From NCBI RefSeq assembly GCF_001194135.2, contig NC_068987.1, positions 79,476,604 to 79,540,603 of the forward strand: 64,000 nt of DNA, in the 5' to 3' direction. The position numbers and the translations under genes were made by a program. This DNA comes from Octopus bimaculoides. Taxonomy: Eukaryota. Shown one piece after another: positions 11,947 through 26,419 of this stretch. Numbering within the stretch: position 1 is the stretch's first letter; each line of letters begins with the position of its first letter. Below the pieces are notes generated by a model, which saw nothing but the letters and a program-made list of their open reading frames with translations, had not been told where the DNA came from and ran no database searches.

Positions 11947-13800
11947 GTCACTATCAGCCTAGTGGCTGTAATAGCGACAAGAATTTTCTCAACAGATGAG
12001 CTGTCGATGTTAGTGAAATCTTTTGGACAACGTGTATAGTTGATTCTTCCAGTTAGTTTATGAAAGAATATTGATATCCCGTTTAAACCGTGTCTAGTGC
12101 TCCTGCAACTACCGGTAGAATAACAATCTTCAGTTTCCACATTCTGCTGAACTCTATCTCTAGGTTCTTGTATTTAGCTAGGTTTTCGAATTCTTTGACT
12201 GAGATATTTCGATCTACTGCTACTCTTATATCTATTTGATAGCAGGCATTTTATCGTTTATCTTTGACGATATCAGATCTATTGGTATTTACCTGTCTGT
12301 CAATATGGATGGTAAAGTTCCATACAATAGCAAAACTATTAGCCTCCATGACTGATTTCGGGTGGTGTTCATACCACAGTTTAAGAAGAAGAATCTGATG
12401 CTGATGACAGATGTTCCAAAGCAGGTTCTGCTCTATTCGGTCATGACTGGTTTTGCAATCACTTGGATCCCTTTCTTTTCATATATTCCCAGATATTTGT
12501 ATGCTCCATTTTGGTTTAATTCTTTGATGGTAGCGTTGTTATTTTGCGTTAAGACAATGTAGAAAAATGAGTTTTCTTGTTTAAATGTTGTTTTGTCTCA
12601 CTTACCCAAGCCAAATTCCGTGCTAATGCTGTCATTAAAGGCAAGGCGGCGGCCAAGCAGAATCATTACTGTACTGGAAATATGCTTAGCGGCAATTCTT
12701 CTAACTTAACGTTGTAAGTTCAAATTCTGCCGAAGTCAACTTTGACTTTCATCTCTTTGGGATCTATAAAATAAGTAGTAGTTGAGTACTGGGGTCGATG
12801 TAATCGGCTTAAGATCACTCCAAAATTGCTGGCTTTGTGTCACAATTTGAAATCAGTATTATACTAAAACTTTTCACGGTTTTAAGCAAACCGTACAGAT
12901 CCTTTTTTTTTTGCATATAGTTGAGCTCAACTATTCAAAAAAGGTTTGAGTTGGTTTCATCAAAGAGTTTGTATTTATATTGTGTATGATTCAGCTCATG
13001 TGACAGAAGTTTCAAGGCTAAGCAAAACACGTAATGGGAGCACTGAGTCTCCTTGGAATACACCTCGGTTAATCTTAATACACCATCGGATACCACCCGG
13101 TAATCTATCCCATTTTCACTAAGGTTTCCTGTCGATTATTGATAGAATTCGTATATTTCCCCAGATAAGGAAGTCTGGACTTTGCCGTTTTAGTAGAGAC
13201 TTTCTCTCACTTGGATAAGACACGATTGCCAAAGACTGTCAATAATGTTTTCCTCTTAACCACCACTGCATTCATATATTCTGATGGCCTCTGCTAGAAA
13301 GATTGTCGTTTAATGCAGCAAGGAAGAATCCTTCGGAGTTCACATTGAATCGTATGCTTTTCAGCTAATGCTGCAAATTTTCTCTTTCGATTCCCAACAA
13401 CCACATTTTTTTTCTTCAGATATTGTCCATATAGGGTGTTTCCTTGTCACCCCTTTAACATGGAATTCTATAGCCTTATTTTAAGCTTAGATTTCCCTCT
13501 TTTTCACAATTTGATTGCTCTTAATGTCTCTGCTCACAACTTCTCATTCCCACTTTTGAGTTAGTACTTATTCAAATACAGAAAACTGCTTACATTTGTT
13601 TTTATCTGTACTTTGTAGCACCTATTCTTCGTAGGGTATTTTTCTGATCGAACAGCAGTTATGTTATAATAGTTTTCTCGTTGCATAAAGGCCCTACCTC
13701 ATTAAATACATGAATCAAATTTATAACTCTAATTGTGGTGGTGTATTTTAAATACAGTCACTCTTGATTTTCTACCTTGTCTTGCCTGTGCATTTAGAAT
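11946..13800 (-). mobile_element. Heavily decayed R4/Dong-like element (element C) with RT and REL remnants, split by a SINE
   Basis: Minus strand gives IKINRGVFQGDS...LYGLLKTVKSFS (RT, ~12865-13090), EFGLGK...IKELNQNGAYKYLGI (~12450-12640) and IVWNFTIHIDRQVNTNRSDIV...KYKNLEIEFSRMWKLKIVILPVVAGAL (REL, ~12090-12360). The 5' limit is uncertain. Confidence 0.75.
12644..12862 (+). mobile_element. tRNA-derived SINE family A inserted into element C
   Basis: aggcggc...agaatc head, gttcaaattc B box and ggggtcgatgtaatc body. The RT reading frame of element C resumes on the other side. Confidence 0.8.
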
Positions 13801-14049
13801 TTAAGAATATTATAGCTGCACTATTACATCTACTACCGCATTTTGTTTGCATTTTAGTCTGTCTTAAGTCTTAATCTAAAGCATCAATAATATTTCTTTC
13901 TAACTCGTTCTATAATTTCTGCATTTTAATCTGCGTAATACATTAATTCCTAAGAATTTACAAGTTTGTGCTGATCTAATTCTATATTTACATTTCTTTA
14001 CGTAGCAAGATATTAGTGTTCTTAATTAAAATGCCTCCTCCTCAAGAGT

Positions 14050-14114
<65 letters not shown>

Positions 14115-14289
14115 TTTCTACAGCTGTGCAACCACTCAATTATTTTATATGAGGAAAATGGTCTTCTGAGGAAGACAGTAGCTAAACATCGTAGCTTTGG
14201 CATTCTAGTACAAATGGAAAACTTAAAGTTAAAAAAAAACATAGTAAAATTTTAGAGTTGTTTATGTAAAACATTTGTCTCATTCTTCA

Positions 14290-14795
<506 letters not shown>

Positions 14796-15502
14796 AATAA
14801 TAATAATAAACAGAACTGAAAACATGTTTCTCTCACAATTACAATTCAATGAATTTTATTAATACGAAACTGAATAAGGTATCAAACATTTCTTTCCATT
14901 TTTAATCTATTTGAATTATTTTTGTTTGATTTAATTAGAGGTACGTCGCTAAACTGAGAGGAAAAGTTTCATTTTCAACAGACAGAGATATATTTAGAAC
15001 TTTTTTGCACAAAGATATGAAGATAAAGAATTACTAGAACGTAAAAGAGTTCAGAATAAGAATGGTCAGACTTTTAAATGATATTATGTAACATTCATTC
15101 TCCTCTAATTTTATATTTCGTTAAATATATTTTAATATTTTAAAAATATAGTAATTTCATTGAAAGATTAGTGGTTATGGCTGTTAAAATTAAATCAACT
15201 TTTTACTCATCAAAAGTTATCCGAGGTCTTTGAAGATGCCTTACGTGGGTTATTAATATAACAGCGAAATCATTTCCAAATATACAATCTAAAACATATT
15301 TTTAACAAAGGGAGAACACATTGAACCATACAACCATAGGATATGCTAAAATACATAATCAGGAGGTTCAGGTTTGAAACGTATTTGATCATACATCAAC
15401 GGGATCAAAATTCAGCTGGAGACAAGGGACGACAACAACAACAACAATAAAACAAAACAGGAAAACAATAGCAAAACAATACATATACTTATTCATCTTT
15501 AA

Positions 15503-15841
15503 ATTGTTTCAGTCATTTGAGTACAGCAATGTTGGGGCATCACCGTGAAGAGTTAGCTTTTTAAAGTCTGGTACTTATTATTTTTTCTACCGATCTCGTT
15601 TTGCCGAACCGTTAAGTATCTGTCACGTAAACGAACCATCACCAGTTGTCAAGCGATGGCGAGGCACATGCACGATCACAAAAGACACACACTTTGATTT
15701 ATACATATATTACGACGGGCTGCTTTTAGCAAGGGTTTCGTCAATCTTGGTCTATCGTAGAAGACGCTTGTCCAAGGTTCAACACATCGGGTCTGAACCT
15801 GGAATCATGTGGCCGGGGAGCAAACTTCTTAAAACACAGCT
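15503..15841 (-). mobile_element. SINE family B, decayed, near full length
   Basis: Aligns with the 27931-28310 copy (tgtttcagtcatttga, tttgccgaaccg, gttgtcaagcgat, ccaaggt...gaacc...atgtgg). Confidence 0.7.
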
Positions 15842-17391
15842 AAATATTTATGGCTCTTTTCTTTTACTCACACTTACGGAATTTTAAAGACTCTATGTAT
15901 TTACCATCTCTTGTTTGAATGACTTAGCCCCAGCATGGCCCCCGCCTCTGGCAGAAAAAAGCAAGAGTATTCTGTAATCGGAACAACTTTGACTTAGATT
16001 TACTTAAAATCGACAAAAACCAGCGAGGTAGATTCTTATTTGATTGTTTTATCCGCTGGAAATATGAGTACATTTTCACTCATCTCAAGATCTTAAAATT
16101 GTAACGAAACGTTGATCAATGCAGATGTACACACATAAATACAAATTCGCGCGCTCTCACAAACACACACGAAGAAAAAGTCAACACTACAAATTTTTCT
16201 TATAATTCTTCCCAAGGCAAGCTGTTGGTATTCAACATAGTGACGGGTTAAGTCCACCAACCAAACTGCAGCAGAGGGTTTGGAACTCAGAAAACAAATA
16301 TGCAGAATAGATACTGTAAGGAATGTTATATAACATTCTAAAGACTCCACTAAACTACCACCCTACAATTGTAAAAAAGCATTCATCAGGGATCCAGAAT
16401 AAATACCACACGGAAATTTGACCGAAGCCCAAACGACTATTCTTATTTGATACAGGATGAGACACCAATAATGTCGATTATCAAGATTTGTACAAGGTTA
16501 TACATTTTCATGGGCGAGCACAGTCAGTTTATATCACTGGGATACACGACTGCTGCTTAGTATTGACTATATGGGAAAGATTAAAAAGATAGCATAGAAT
16601 TATTTAACTAAATACTTCATTAATCGATTGGGGCATAGGTTTGTCAGGCAGAAAGCGACGCTTAATGTGAATACAACTCTTCTAATAGTATCGAGTGTAA
16701 CAATAACGGAACATTGCAAACAGTAAAACACCTGCCGCGTTGTCTTTATTTACAAGAAAGATGTGCTGATGCCGATTATGCTATGTAGAATGGAAATGCA
16801 GAGAAATGTATTCATTTTCATCATAAAATAATTAACTTAGTGAAAACTACACTTGAAAACATTCAATTAAGTGAGTTGTAGAGAGAAGGCGAAAATTTAT
16901 TTCAGTATATGTATTCAGCTTTCCGCGATCGGAATTCAGATACCGTTGAGGTCAACGTTGCGTTTTATCTTTAGAGGGTTGAAAAGAAGCACTAATCAAA
17001 TTGTGGAGTCGTCACCCGCACATAGATGCATACTTTCACGTATTTCTTTTCCGCTTTCACGCGAAATCGATTAGGTTACAGTGTGAGATAATAACGTAAC
17101 TGAGAGTTTCTTTTACCAAAAATAGAGAACAGTTGTGCGAGTGCCGGGAAAACGGTTCTCTTAGTAAAAGTGATACACGATGGAAATCGTTACACAACGG
17201 AAGAATATGCAGCTTACATGAAAAGTGGGTACCAGTGGCACCTAGCTTGTCGTTGCTGCTGGTGGTGGAGTTTATCCTACAACAGAGCGCCGACTCATTT
17301 CGAGGATAATTTTAATCTTGGTTGCTTAAACGGCACAGAAACCAGGTAACACCATTTAGTGGCCCTGTGGGCTTATCTGAAAAGCGATATA

Positions 17392-17392
17392 T

Positions 17393-17426
<34 letters not shown>

Positions 17427-17460
17427 GCTACTACTACTACTACTGCTTCTGCTGCTGCTG

Positions 17461-17522
<62 letters not shown>

Positions 17523-17555
17523 GCTGCTGTTACTACTACTACTACTACTACTACT
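17392..17555 (+). repeat. (ACT)n microsatellite with GCT interruptions
   Basis: Read directly from the sequence. Confidence 0.95.
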
Positions 17556-17574
17556 TGCTGTCTAGATATGGGAT

Positions 17575-17975
17575 ACTCCACCGAAATTTCATAGGGATGT
17601 TGAAAATAACACAGACAGAGAAAAGGATGGCAATAGATGACTAAAAATGATTTAAAACCGGAAACAGAGGCTCTAATCTGTACTGCCCAAGAGCAACCAT
17701 TAAGAACCAATTACATCAAATACAGAATAAACAACACATCAGAAAGTGATAAGTGCAGAATTTGTTGACAAAATGGTGAAGCTGTATGGCATATTACCAG
17801 TCAATGTACACCACTAGCTCAGAAAGAATATAAGAGACGTCATGACAATATAGCAAGGATTGTCAATTGCAACAAGTATGGACTTGAGAGAGCAAGAAAT
17901 TGGTACTGACATAAACACGAAGGCATCTTCGAAAATGTTAATGCAAAGATCCTACGGGATTTTATGATTCAGCAG
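17575..17975 (+). mobile_element. Internal fragment of an R4-clade element (CCHC region)
   Basis: LKPETEALICTAQEQPLRTNYIKYRINNTSESDKCRIC-stop-QNGEAVWHITSQCTPLAQKEYKRRHDNIARIV. Confidence 0.85.
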
Positions 17976-17979
17976 AAAC

Positions 17980-18054
17980 TGAAACCAGAACATAAAGACG
18001 GACGAAAGACCGCTAAGCATTTTGTCCGGCACGGTAACGGTTTTGTCAGCTCGC
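17980..18054 (-). mobile_element. SINE family A head fragment
   Basis: Reverse complement reads gcgagctgacaaaaccgttaccgtgccggacaaaatgcttagcgg. Confidence 0.75.
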
Positions 18055-18151
18055 AGCATTTATTATTACTGTTATTGAGTGCAGTGCATATCATCAAAAT
18101 GAAACTGTGGTACAAATATACGAAGCTCAATATACTTATCGTCACTGTTGT

Positions 18152-18531
18152 TGTTGGCACTCCGTCGCTTACGACGTCGAGGGTTCCAGTTGATCCGATC
18201 AACGGAACAGCCTGATCGTGAAATTAACGTGCAAGTGACTGAGCACTCCACAGACACGTGTACCCTTAACGTAGTTCTCGGGGAGATTCAGCGTGACACA
18301 GAGTGACAAGGCTGACCCTTTGAATTACAGGCACAATAGAAACAGGAAGTAAGATTGAGAGAAAGTTGTGGTGAAAGAGTACAGCAGGGTTCACAACCAT
18401 CCCCTGCCGGAGCCTCGTGGAGCTTTAGGTGTTTTCGCTCAATAAACACTCACAACACCCGCTCTGGGAATCGAAACCGCGATCCTATGACCATGGGTCC
18501 GCTACCCTAACCACTGGGCCATTGCGCATCC
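18152..18531 (-). mobile_element. tRNA-derived SINE family C, full length
   Basis: Head tggcccagtggttag...ggtttcgattccc. Highly similar to the 45899-46282 and 21436-21713 copies. Confidence 0.9.
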
Positions 18532-18534
18532 ACA

Positions 18535-18880
18535 CCTATCGTGACTACACTTCTGATAATGGTACACCGGACAGAAGCATCACAACCACATTGCGCGGCT
18601 TGTTGAGCATATATCAAGATCAACAGAGCATGACATTGCAGATGGGGTTCAGTTAGATTTTCTTCAGGTTGAGCAGCACATCCCACTCGAAAGTGTTGTT
18701 TAACGATGAATGAAACACCCATATTTCTAGGGATGAATTATTCAAACCCCTAAAAGTTGCTTTCAGACCTGGTTATGATATTCTCCCACTAATCATGTAC
18801 TAGATCAGAGATGCACATATCGTCAGTCACTAAGGGATATGATCAACTGATTATAGTCAAACAACTGACAAACAATCTGC
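18535..18880 (-). mobile_element. Solo copy of the long 3'UTR of element B
   Basis: Aligns with ~9470-9820 (ttcttcagg, cactaaggga, gtcaaacaactgacaaac). Confidence 0.7.
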
Positions 18881-18896
18881 ACTTTTGAGCAAAATA

Positions 18897-19004
18897 TCGG
18901 GGTCGATAAATTAAGTACAAATGAAATACTGTGGTCAATGCAATCGACTAGTCCACTAACACAGAATTTTAGGCCTAGTGCCTATAGTAGACAGTATTAT
19001 TATT
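18897..19004 (+). mobile_element. SINE family A, 3' half with (ATT)n tail
   Basis: ggggtcgataaattaagtac...aggcctagtgcctatagtag followed by (ATT)n. Confidence 0.75.
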
Positions 19005-19446
<442 letters not shown>

Positions 19447-19755
19447 GCCCGACAGATAAGTGCATGCCATCACAGTGACACTGGGGTACAAGTATACGAA
19501 GCCCAGTATACCCATCCTGACTACTCTTCTGATAGGAGTACACTAGGCACATGCATTACAACCATATCAAGATAAACAGTGCATGACCTTGCAGATGGGG
19601 GCCCAGTTAGGTAGAAATTCCTTCAGGTTCAGTAGCCCAGCAAGCTGAGTATATTCATCATGAATATAATATGTGTATGACATGGTGAACTCATATCAAG
19701 ATAAACAGCACAGGGCTTTGCACGTGGGGAGCAGTTAGAGTTTTCTTCAAGTCGA
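19447..19755 (-). mobile_element. Solo 3'-terminal copy of the element B UTR with an internal ~60-bp duplication
   Basis: Aligns with ~9405-9610 and ends in (AAT)n on its own strand. atatcaagataaacag...cagttag occurs twice (~19565 and ~19693). Confidence 0.75.
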
Positions 19756-19947
19756 TTGGAAGTGTTATCATGTATATTGTTTAGTCTTGGTATAAACGAT
19801 GGGCTACAGCAAATAGAAGATAAGATTTGAGCATCAGTACGAACTTCATACTTTCATTTTCACGCAGTATTGATAGCAAAATTCCTGATATATATACATA
19901 TATATATATATACATATGTGTATATGTACATATATATATATATAATA

Positions 19948-19978
<31 letters not shown>

Positions 19979-20619
19979 NNNNNNNNNNNNNNNNNNNNNN
20001 NNNNNNNNNNNNNNNNNNNNNNNNNNNNNNNNNNNNNNNNNNNNNNNNNNNNNNNNNNNNNNNNNNNNNNNNNNNNNNNNNNNNNNNNNNNNNNNNNNNN
20101 NNNNNNNNNNNNNNNNNNNNNNNNNNNNNNNNNNNNNNNNNNNNNNNNNNNNNNNNCATATATATATATGTATATGTATAAATACACACACACACACACA
20201 CACACGCACACACACACACTTAGATATATATTTGAGATTTTCTACTTCTTTATATTTAATAACACTGATCAAGACATTCCATAAAAGTCCTTTAATGAAA
20301 TTAAAATACTAAAATTGATTTCTTTGGATGTTTATATTTTTTCCATTAATTCAATTTTATTTCAATAGTATTCAAAGAATTAAGAAAATATGTTATGAGA
20401 TAAAGAAATTATGTTTTATAACAGACGCTTGTATGAAGATAAGACATTTCTGTAAAATTTCACAGATGACACAGAAATTTCGACATCTCAATAATAACGA
20501 AGAAATGAAGGAGCGTTTATTGGGTGCTCATTCTGCCAGACAGAGCAGCTAATGTTACTTTACACAACATCTTGTCATTATCAGTAAGAAAGGGTTGTAT
20601 TAGATTGTATTGTCCTAGT

Positions 20620-20943
20620 TAGAGCATGTTAGAGAAATGTGAAAGAATCATAGATGGAACGCCTTAAATAATTGGTCCACTGTCTGCCAAGCAGATTATG
20701 GATAACTTTCTGATAAGAAAAAAATTTAATTCCGACGATGCTGTAAAACAGGCCTTCCAAGATTTTATTGACTCTCGATTGCCAGGCTTTTACAGTTCCG
20801 GGCTGGAAAAGCAACCGCTGAAATGACAAAAGTATATTGACAATATGGGTTCACACTTTGATGAATAAAACTATTCCTTGTATTTATAAAACATTAGCAA
20901 ACTTTTTCTTTTCTATAAATTTCATACTTGGCGACCTAATATA
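20620..20943 (+). mobile_element. Mariner transposase 3' end with right TIR remnant
   Basis: DNFLIRKKFNSDDAVKQAFQDFIDSRLPGFYSSGLEKQPLK-stop-QKYIDNMGSHFDE resembles the mariner (Hsmar1/SETMAR-type) C-terminus. Ends in ...cttggcgacctaaTA. Confidence 0.8.
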
Positions 20944-20960
20944 TAAATGCATATATTTGA

Positions 20961-21080
20961 TGTGTGTGCCTTTGAGTCAGTATTTCTCCTACCCACCGCT
21001 TGACAACCGGTGTTGATGTGATTACGGCCCGTAACTTAACGGTTCGGTATAAGTGACCGATAAAATAATTACTAGGCTAT
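20961..21080 (+). mobile_element. SINE family B, 3' part fragment
   Basis: cgcttgacaaccg...cgtaacttaacggttcgg aligns with the 52866 copy. Confidence 0.7.
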
Positions 21081-21149
21081 TGAATCTTCCATGTGTTAAC
21101 CTGTTCCTCCTTGCGACAGTGTAAACTTTCATTTATTCAAGATATCCTT

Positions 21150-21234
21150 TGCCTGAAGAGTAGCTTGAGGTACACACCTCGCCTGGATATTCACCACTTC
21201 CGAGGTTCTGATCGTTATGAAACATATGTAGCCC
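21150..21234 (+). ncRNA. Candidate type I hammerhead-like motif (copy 1)
   Basis: GC-CTGAAGA-G(59-nt helix II region)T-GAAA-CATATG-TA-GC, with palindromic helix III ACATATGT. Activity untested. Confidence 0.45.
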
Positions 21235-21435
21235 GAATCTTATCTACACTATTTCTTAACTCCTGTATTCTTATTCATATACCCGGCAACCCTGGTTGCC
21301 TACCGTGACATATAAAAGAACTCTTTTCAGTTTATCGTACTTCGATAACAATAAAGTTTCACAAAATTCGACTCTGTAAACCATTATTGTCTCTAAAAGT
21401 TGTTATATTTATTACGGTTTGATATAATAAGTGTT

Positions 21436-21713
21436 TAGGGCAGCGGTCTCGCGATCGTAAGATCGTGGTTTCGATTCCCAGACCGGGCTTTGTGAGTGTT
21501 TATTGAGCGAAAACACCTAAAGCTCTACGAGACTCCGGCAGCGGATTGGGGGCGAACTTTGCTGCACTCTTTCACCACAACTTTCTCTCACTCTTTCTTC
21601 CTGTTTCTGTTGTACCTGTATTTCAAAGGGCCAGCCTTGTCGCACACTATGTCTCGCTGAATCTCCCCGAAAACTACACTTGTCTGTGGAGTGCTCAGCC
21701 ACTTACACGTTAA
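21436..21713 (+). mobile_element. SINE family C, running into a gap
   Basis: ggtttcgattcccagaccggg B box; the body aligns with the other family C copies. Confidence 0.85.
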
Positions 21714-22336
21714 NNNNNNNNNNNNNNNNNNNNNNNNNNNNNNNNNNNNNNNNNNNNNNNNNNNNNNNNNNNNNNNNNNNNNNNNNNNNNNNNNNNNNNN
21801 NNNNNNNNNNNNNNNNNNNNNNNNNNNNNNNNNNNNNNNNNNNNNNNNNNNNNNNNNNNNNNNNNNNNNNNNNNNNNNNNNNNNNNNNNNNNNNNNNNNN
21901 NNNNNNNNNNNNNNNNNNNNNNNNNNNNNNNNNNNNNNNNNNNNNNNNNNNNNNNNNNNNNNNNNNNNNNNNNNNNNNNNNNTGTGTGTGTGTGTGTGTG
22001 TGTGTGTATGTATAAGCATAAAACTTCATGAGATTATGATACGTCCGTATTACCACATGTTCTGAAACCGTAAGGTGAATTTATAGCAAATTTAATATGG
22101 CTTATTGAATGCGAGTATTTAAGCCTGCACTGGTCAGTTTAGGTCCAGATGTTGTTTTAGCTGTCGGTGACATCATTTATTTGTAGACCCAGGTAGTGAG
22201 GTCCGACTTTTGGTGCAAATATATTGATATTCAACTTCATATACTCAAAGAGCCCAGAATATCCTTCAGTAACAGAAGTATTTACGTACGTTTGCCAGGC
22301 AAGATTAACTCTATTAATATATTACAAGCCATTAAT

Positions 22337-22515
22337 GCGGCGGGCTGACAGAATCGTTAGCATGCCAGACGAACTTCTTAACGGTATTTCGTCCGTCTTC
22401 GTGTTTTGAGTTCAAATTCTGCCGAGGTCGACCAGTTGAGCACTGGAGTCGATGTAACCGACTTACACCCTCCTACCGAAACTACTTGCCTTGTGCCAAA
22501 ATTTGAAATCAATAT
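22337..22515 (+). mobile_element. SINE family A with an internal deletion
   Basis: Head and tail are present; the core between gaggtcg and accagttgag is missing. Confidence 0.8.
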
Positions 22516-23508
22516 ATTATTGTCGGTTCGATTACGTTCCCATAAGTTAGCGGTTCGGCAAAAAGACTTAAAAACACAAGTACTGCAGTTTGTTTGTTCG
22601 ACGAGACCTTTCTGTCTGACGAACCAACATGGCCTCGGCCTATAAGTGAGACAAGTAAAGGTTAAAGCATGGAAGATACATTACCATTGCGAAACTTCAA
22701 AATAAGAAAACCTTTTGCTTCATCTCACTGTTTGCTTGAATACACAGACAAAACTCCATGAATATATATCGTAATGTGTGTATTAAAAAGATTGCCCATC
22801 AAATAATGAAGTCTTACGAAATGTGAGGTTCATGTCCCACCGAACGAGGCTATACTATGACGGGAACTACAACAGCAATAACAACAACGTCACATATCTA
22901 GGATTTGCTACAATGGTCATGAGCTTTAAAATCCTCTTCTCAGACTGCAATAAAGCAAATAAACAATGGAAATTTGCTGCATCGAGTATTGTTTTGTTGA
23001 GATTTAAGTTGTTGCAATTGAATATATATAATATATGCTGTGCTTATTCTCTCGAGAAAGTGTTACGAGTGAATTTCATACTGGTCATGTGATATTTTTA
23101 GATAATTAAACTATGTTCAAAGAAAGGATAAATGAAAAAGATACAAAAAAACCCCCTCTAATCAGGATTAAACGATTATGAATTAATCTTCTGAGGGTGG
23201 GAATATTTCAATGCATAAAGAGATGAAAGGCGATTAAGTTAATAGGACATCCTCCTACCAATATATAATGCGGCACTTGTACAAGAAATCAAGTGTAGAA
23301 ATCTAACAGTTAATTTTACACTCAAAATTTAAATATGTGTGTTTGTACCTATATTTACATGTAATAATTTATATATGTATTTACGTAAAAACAAACGCTT
23401 ACACGTAGATATGTTATACGTACGCACAATTATACAATCATAAGTAAATGTAAATACCTATAAGTGTATATGTGTGTGTGCGCATGTGTCTGCGCGTGTT
23501 CGTGTGTG

Positions 23509-23568
<60 letters not shown>

Positions 23569-23911
23569 NNNNNNNNNNNNNNNNNNNNNNNNNNNNNNNN
23601 NNNNNNNNNNNNNNNNNNNNNNNNNNNNNNNNNNNNNNNNNNNNNNNNNNNNNNNNNNNNNNNNNNNNNNNNNNNNNNNNNNNNNNNNNNNNNNNNNNNN
23701 NNNNNNNNNNNNNNNNNNNNNNNNNNNNNNNNNNNNNNNNNNNNNNNNNNNNNNNNNNNNNNNNNNNNNNNNNNNNNNNNNNNNNNNNNNNNNNNNNNNN
23801 NNNNNNNNNNNNNNNNNNNNNNNNNNNNNNNNNNNNNNNNNNNNNNNNNNNNNNNNNNNNNNNNNNNNNNNNNNNNNNNNNNNNNNNNNNNNNNNNNNNN
23901 NNNNNNNNNNN

Positions 23912-23979
<68 letters not shown>

Positions 23980-24059
23980 AGTAGGAGAGAGAGAGAGAAA
24001 GAGAGAGCAAGAGAAAGAGAAAGAGAGAGAGAGAGAGCGAGAGAGATTGATAGCCAGGC

Positions 24060-24116
<57 letters not shown>

Positions 24117-24127
24117 CACAGACAGAC

Positions 24128-24202
<75 letters not shown>

Positions 24203-24225
24203 CAGATAGACAGACAGATAGATAA
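23912..24225 (+). repeat. (GA)n followed by (GATA/GACA)n microsatellites
   Basis: Read directly from the sequence. Confidence 0.95.
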
Positions 24226-24885
24226 GTAGACTTATAGATGTATATGCACATGTATGTATTTATGCATATATATAGAGAGAGACCTATTTGCACCGTTAAA
24301 TAAGATTATGCATCAATATAATTTCGTAAAAATCATACCTGCAATTATATATACGCAATCAATGTGAAACATAATATAGAAATACACCGAAGGCAATACG
24401 CCTACGCATCCACGGGTGTTTAGTCAGCTATGTAGAATGTTGATATAAGCTTCATAATTAGGTTATTGTTTACATGATAAACAATTATTAATTCAGATTT
24501 TTTTTAGATCTCCTTAAAGTAATATATTTTACTTAGATATTAAAAATACCCCTCTCTTTAATTATTCTTACTCTTTGTGAATAAATATGGAGGTTTAATT
24601 TCAGTAGGATACATACATACACATGTACTTTATATGCATATATATATAAGAATATGCTGACATGTGAAAAGTATGCAGACGCGTACACATGCAGACAAAG
24701 TAATATAATTACCATGAAATGTAAGCAAATATATTCTGAGGGTCACAATTACAAACACCCATTGTTCGCACATATGTATACATACGGACATATACACACA
24801 TATACTCATAAATAAGTTTAATTCACTATTTGGATGCTTCGTATAAAGATGTCAAAGCTAACTGAATGTATATTGAATGTATCTG

Positions 24886-24925
<40 letters not shown>

Positions 24926-26152
24926 TTGTGTCTGCGTGTGTGCGTTTGTGAGTGCGTGTGTCTACGATTGCGGTTGTTAGTGTGTATGCGTCTGAGTGTT
25001 AGTGTACGTATACGCGAATATGTATATATATGTGTGAATCTATGCGCATTTACATGTATGTGTGTATGCATGTGTATGCGTCTATGTACGCATGTGCGTG
25101 TACATATATATATATAAATATTTAAATGTATGTGTGTGTATGTGAGTGCATTTGTGTTTGTTTGAGTGAATGTGTGTGTATGTATGTGTATATATATATA
25201 TGTGTGTGTGTGTGTGTAATTTTAAAATCACGTAAATCAAACAGTTTCACGTAAATCACGTAATCAACCAGAATTAGACGCGCATAACTGCGATATTACG
25301 TGTTTTTATTTTTTTTAATATTTGCCCTTTCATGGGATTAAATGTGTGTTGCTTCAGACTAGAGCTAAATAAATACTTTCAACGTATAAATACAGCAAGT
25401 GTCAATCTCGTGTTGCTGATCACTCTATAGATACTTAACCTTCATAAAGGTCAAGATTATTCGGAAATCGATCGGGTTATAGTATGAGCCCAATCATATT
25501 CCTCTATTGCTGAGATGCTTCAATATAACCTCTGTTATGTCACTGTCAGCCAAGCGATTACCCATCTTCATTATCTTTACGGATAATTAACTGGTATTTA
25601 ATATAGCCTTACGTGTCATTGTTGTTCAAATGCATGCCACTGGCCACTTAAGTTTGTTTCACTGAATTCATATTTTGTTCCATTTCTGAAAATTACTAAG
25701 ATTATAAACGTGTTCTGTTCCATTTTTATGTATGTCTGACGGCATCTCCTACTATTAGTAGCAAGCTAAGATATATGCTGTGCTGACGATGCTTATTGAG
25801 ACAGAGACGCATGTCAATAACTTTCCTCTGGTCTAAAGAGAAAATACTGACTTGTCCCTTATGCTATAGTAATTTTGGAAAACTCTAGATTCTTGAGGTT
25901 ATCTTTCTATCTCATTTGGCACTGACCCCAAATAATTCTGCATGCTCTGGAAAGGAGCATAATTTTATTCAAACAGAAATTCATCTTAAATAGTATATGA
26001 TATCAATTTATTCTTCATTGTTACTCATGTACTTCTTATGAAATACTTTGATTTATTTTTCTTAGCTCATTTCCTTTTCATTTATGCATACATGCAGAAA
26101 TATGCATTTACATAGACATACATTTTGCGTGTGTGTGAGCAAGACAATTTAG

Positions 26153-26365
26153 CTTACGTTGCTCCAGCCCACTGAGCTGCAGAGATAAGCTGCGACGTTA
26201 CTAATGACAAGCTATATCGGCCCTTGTCTTTCCCGTTGGCGTGCAGGAGGGCGGCTGGTATGTATGTGTGACTTCTAGTCTTCCATAAACTACCTTGCCC
26301 CGACGTGTGTCTCGGAGGGTAACTTTCTTGGTGCGATACCATGCTCATCTATCCGAAGTGGCAGG
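26153..26365 (+). mobile_element. Probable SINE 3' part (family D core with a different tail)
   Basis: ttacgttgctccagcccactgagctg matches the D core at ~33000 and ~46780. The downstream part is GC-rich and occurs once in the window. Confidence 0.5.
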
Positions 26366-26376
26366 GTGTGTATATA

Positions 26377-26419
<43 letters not shown>

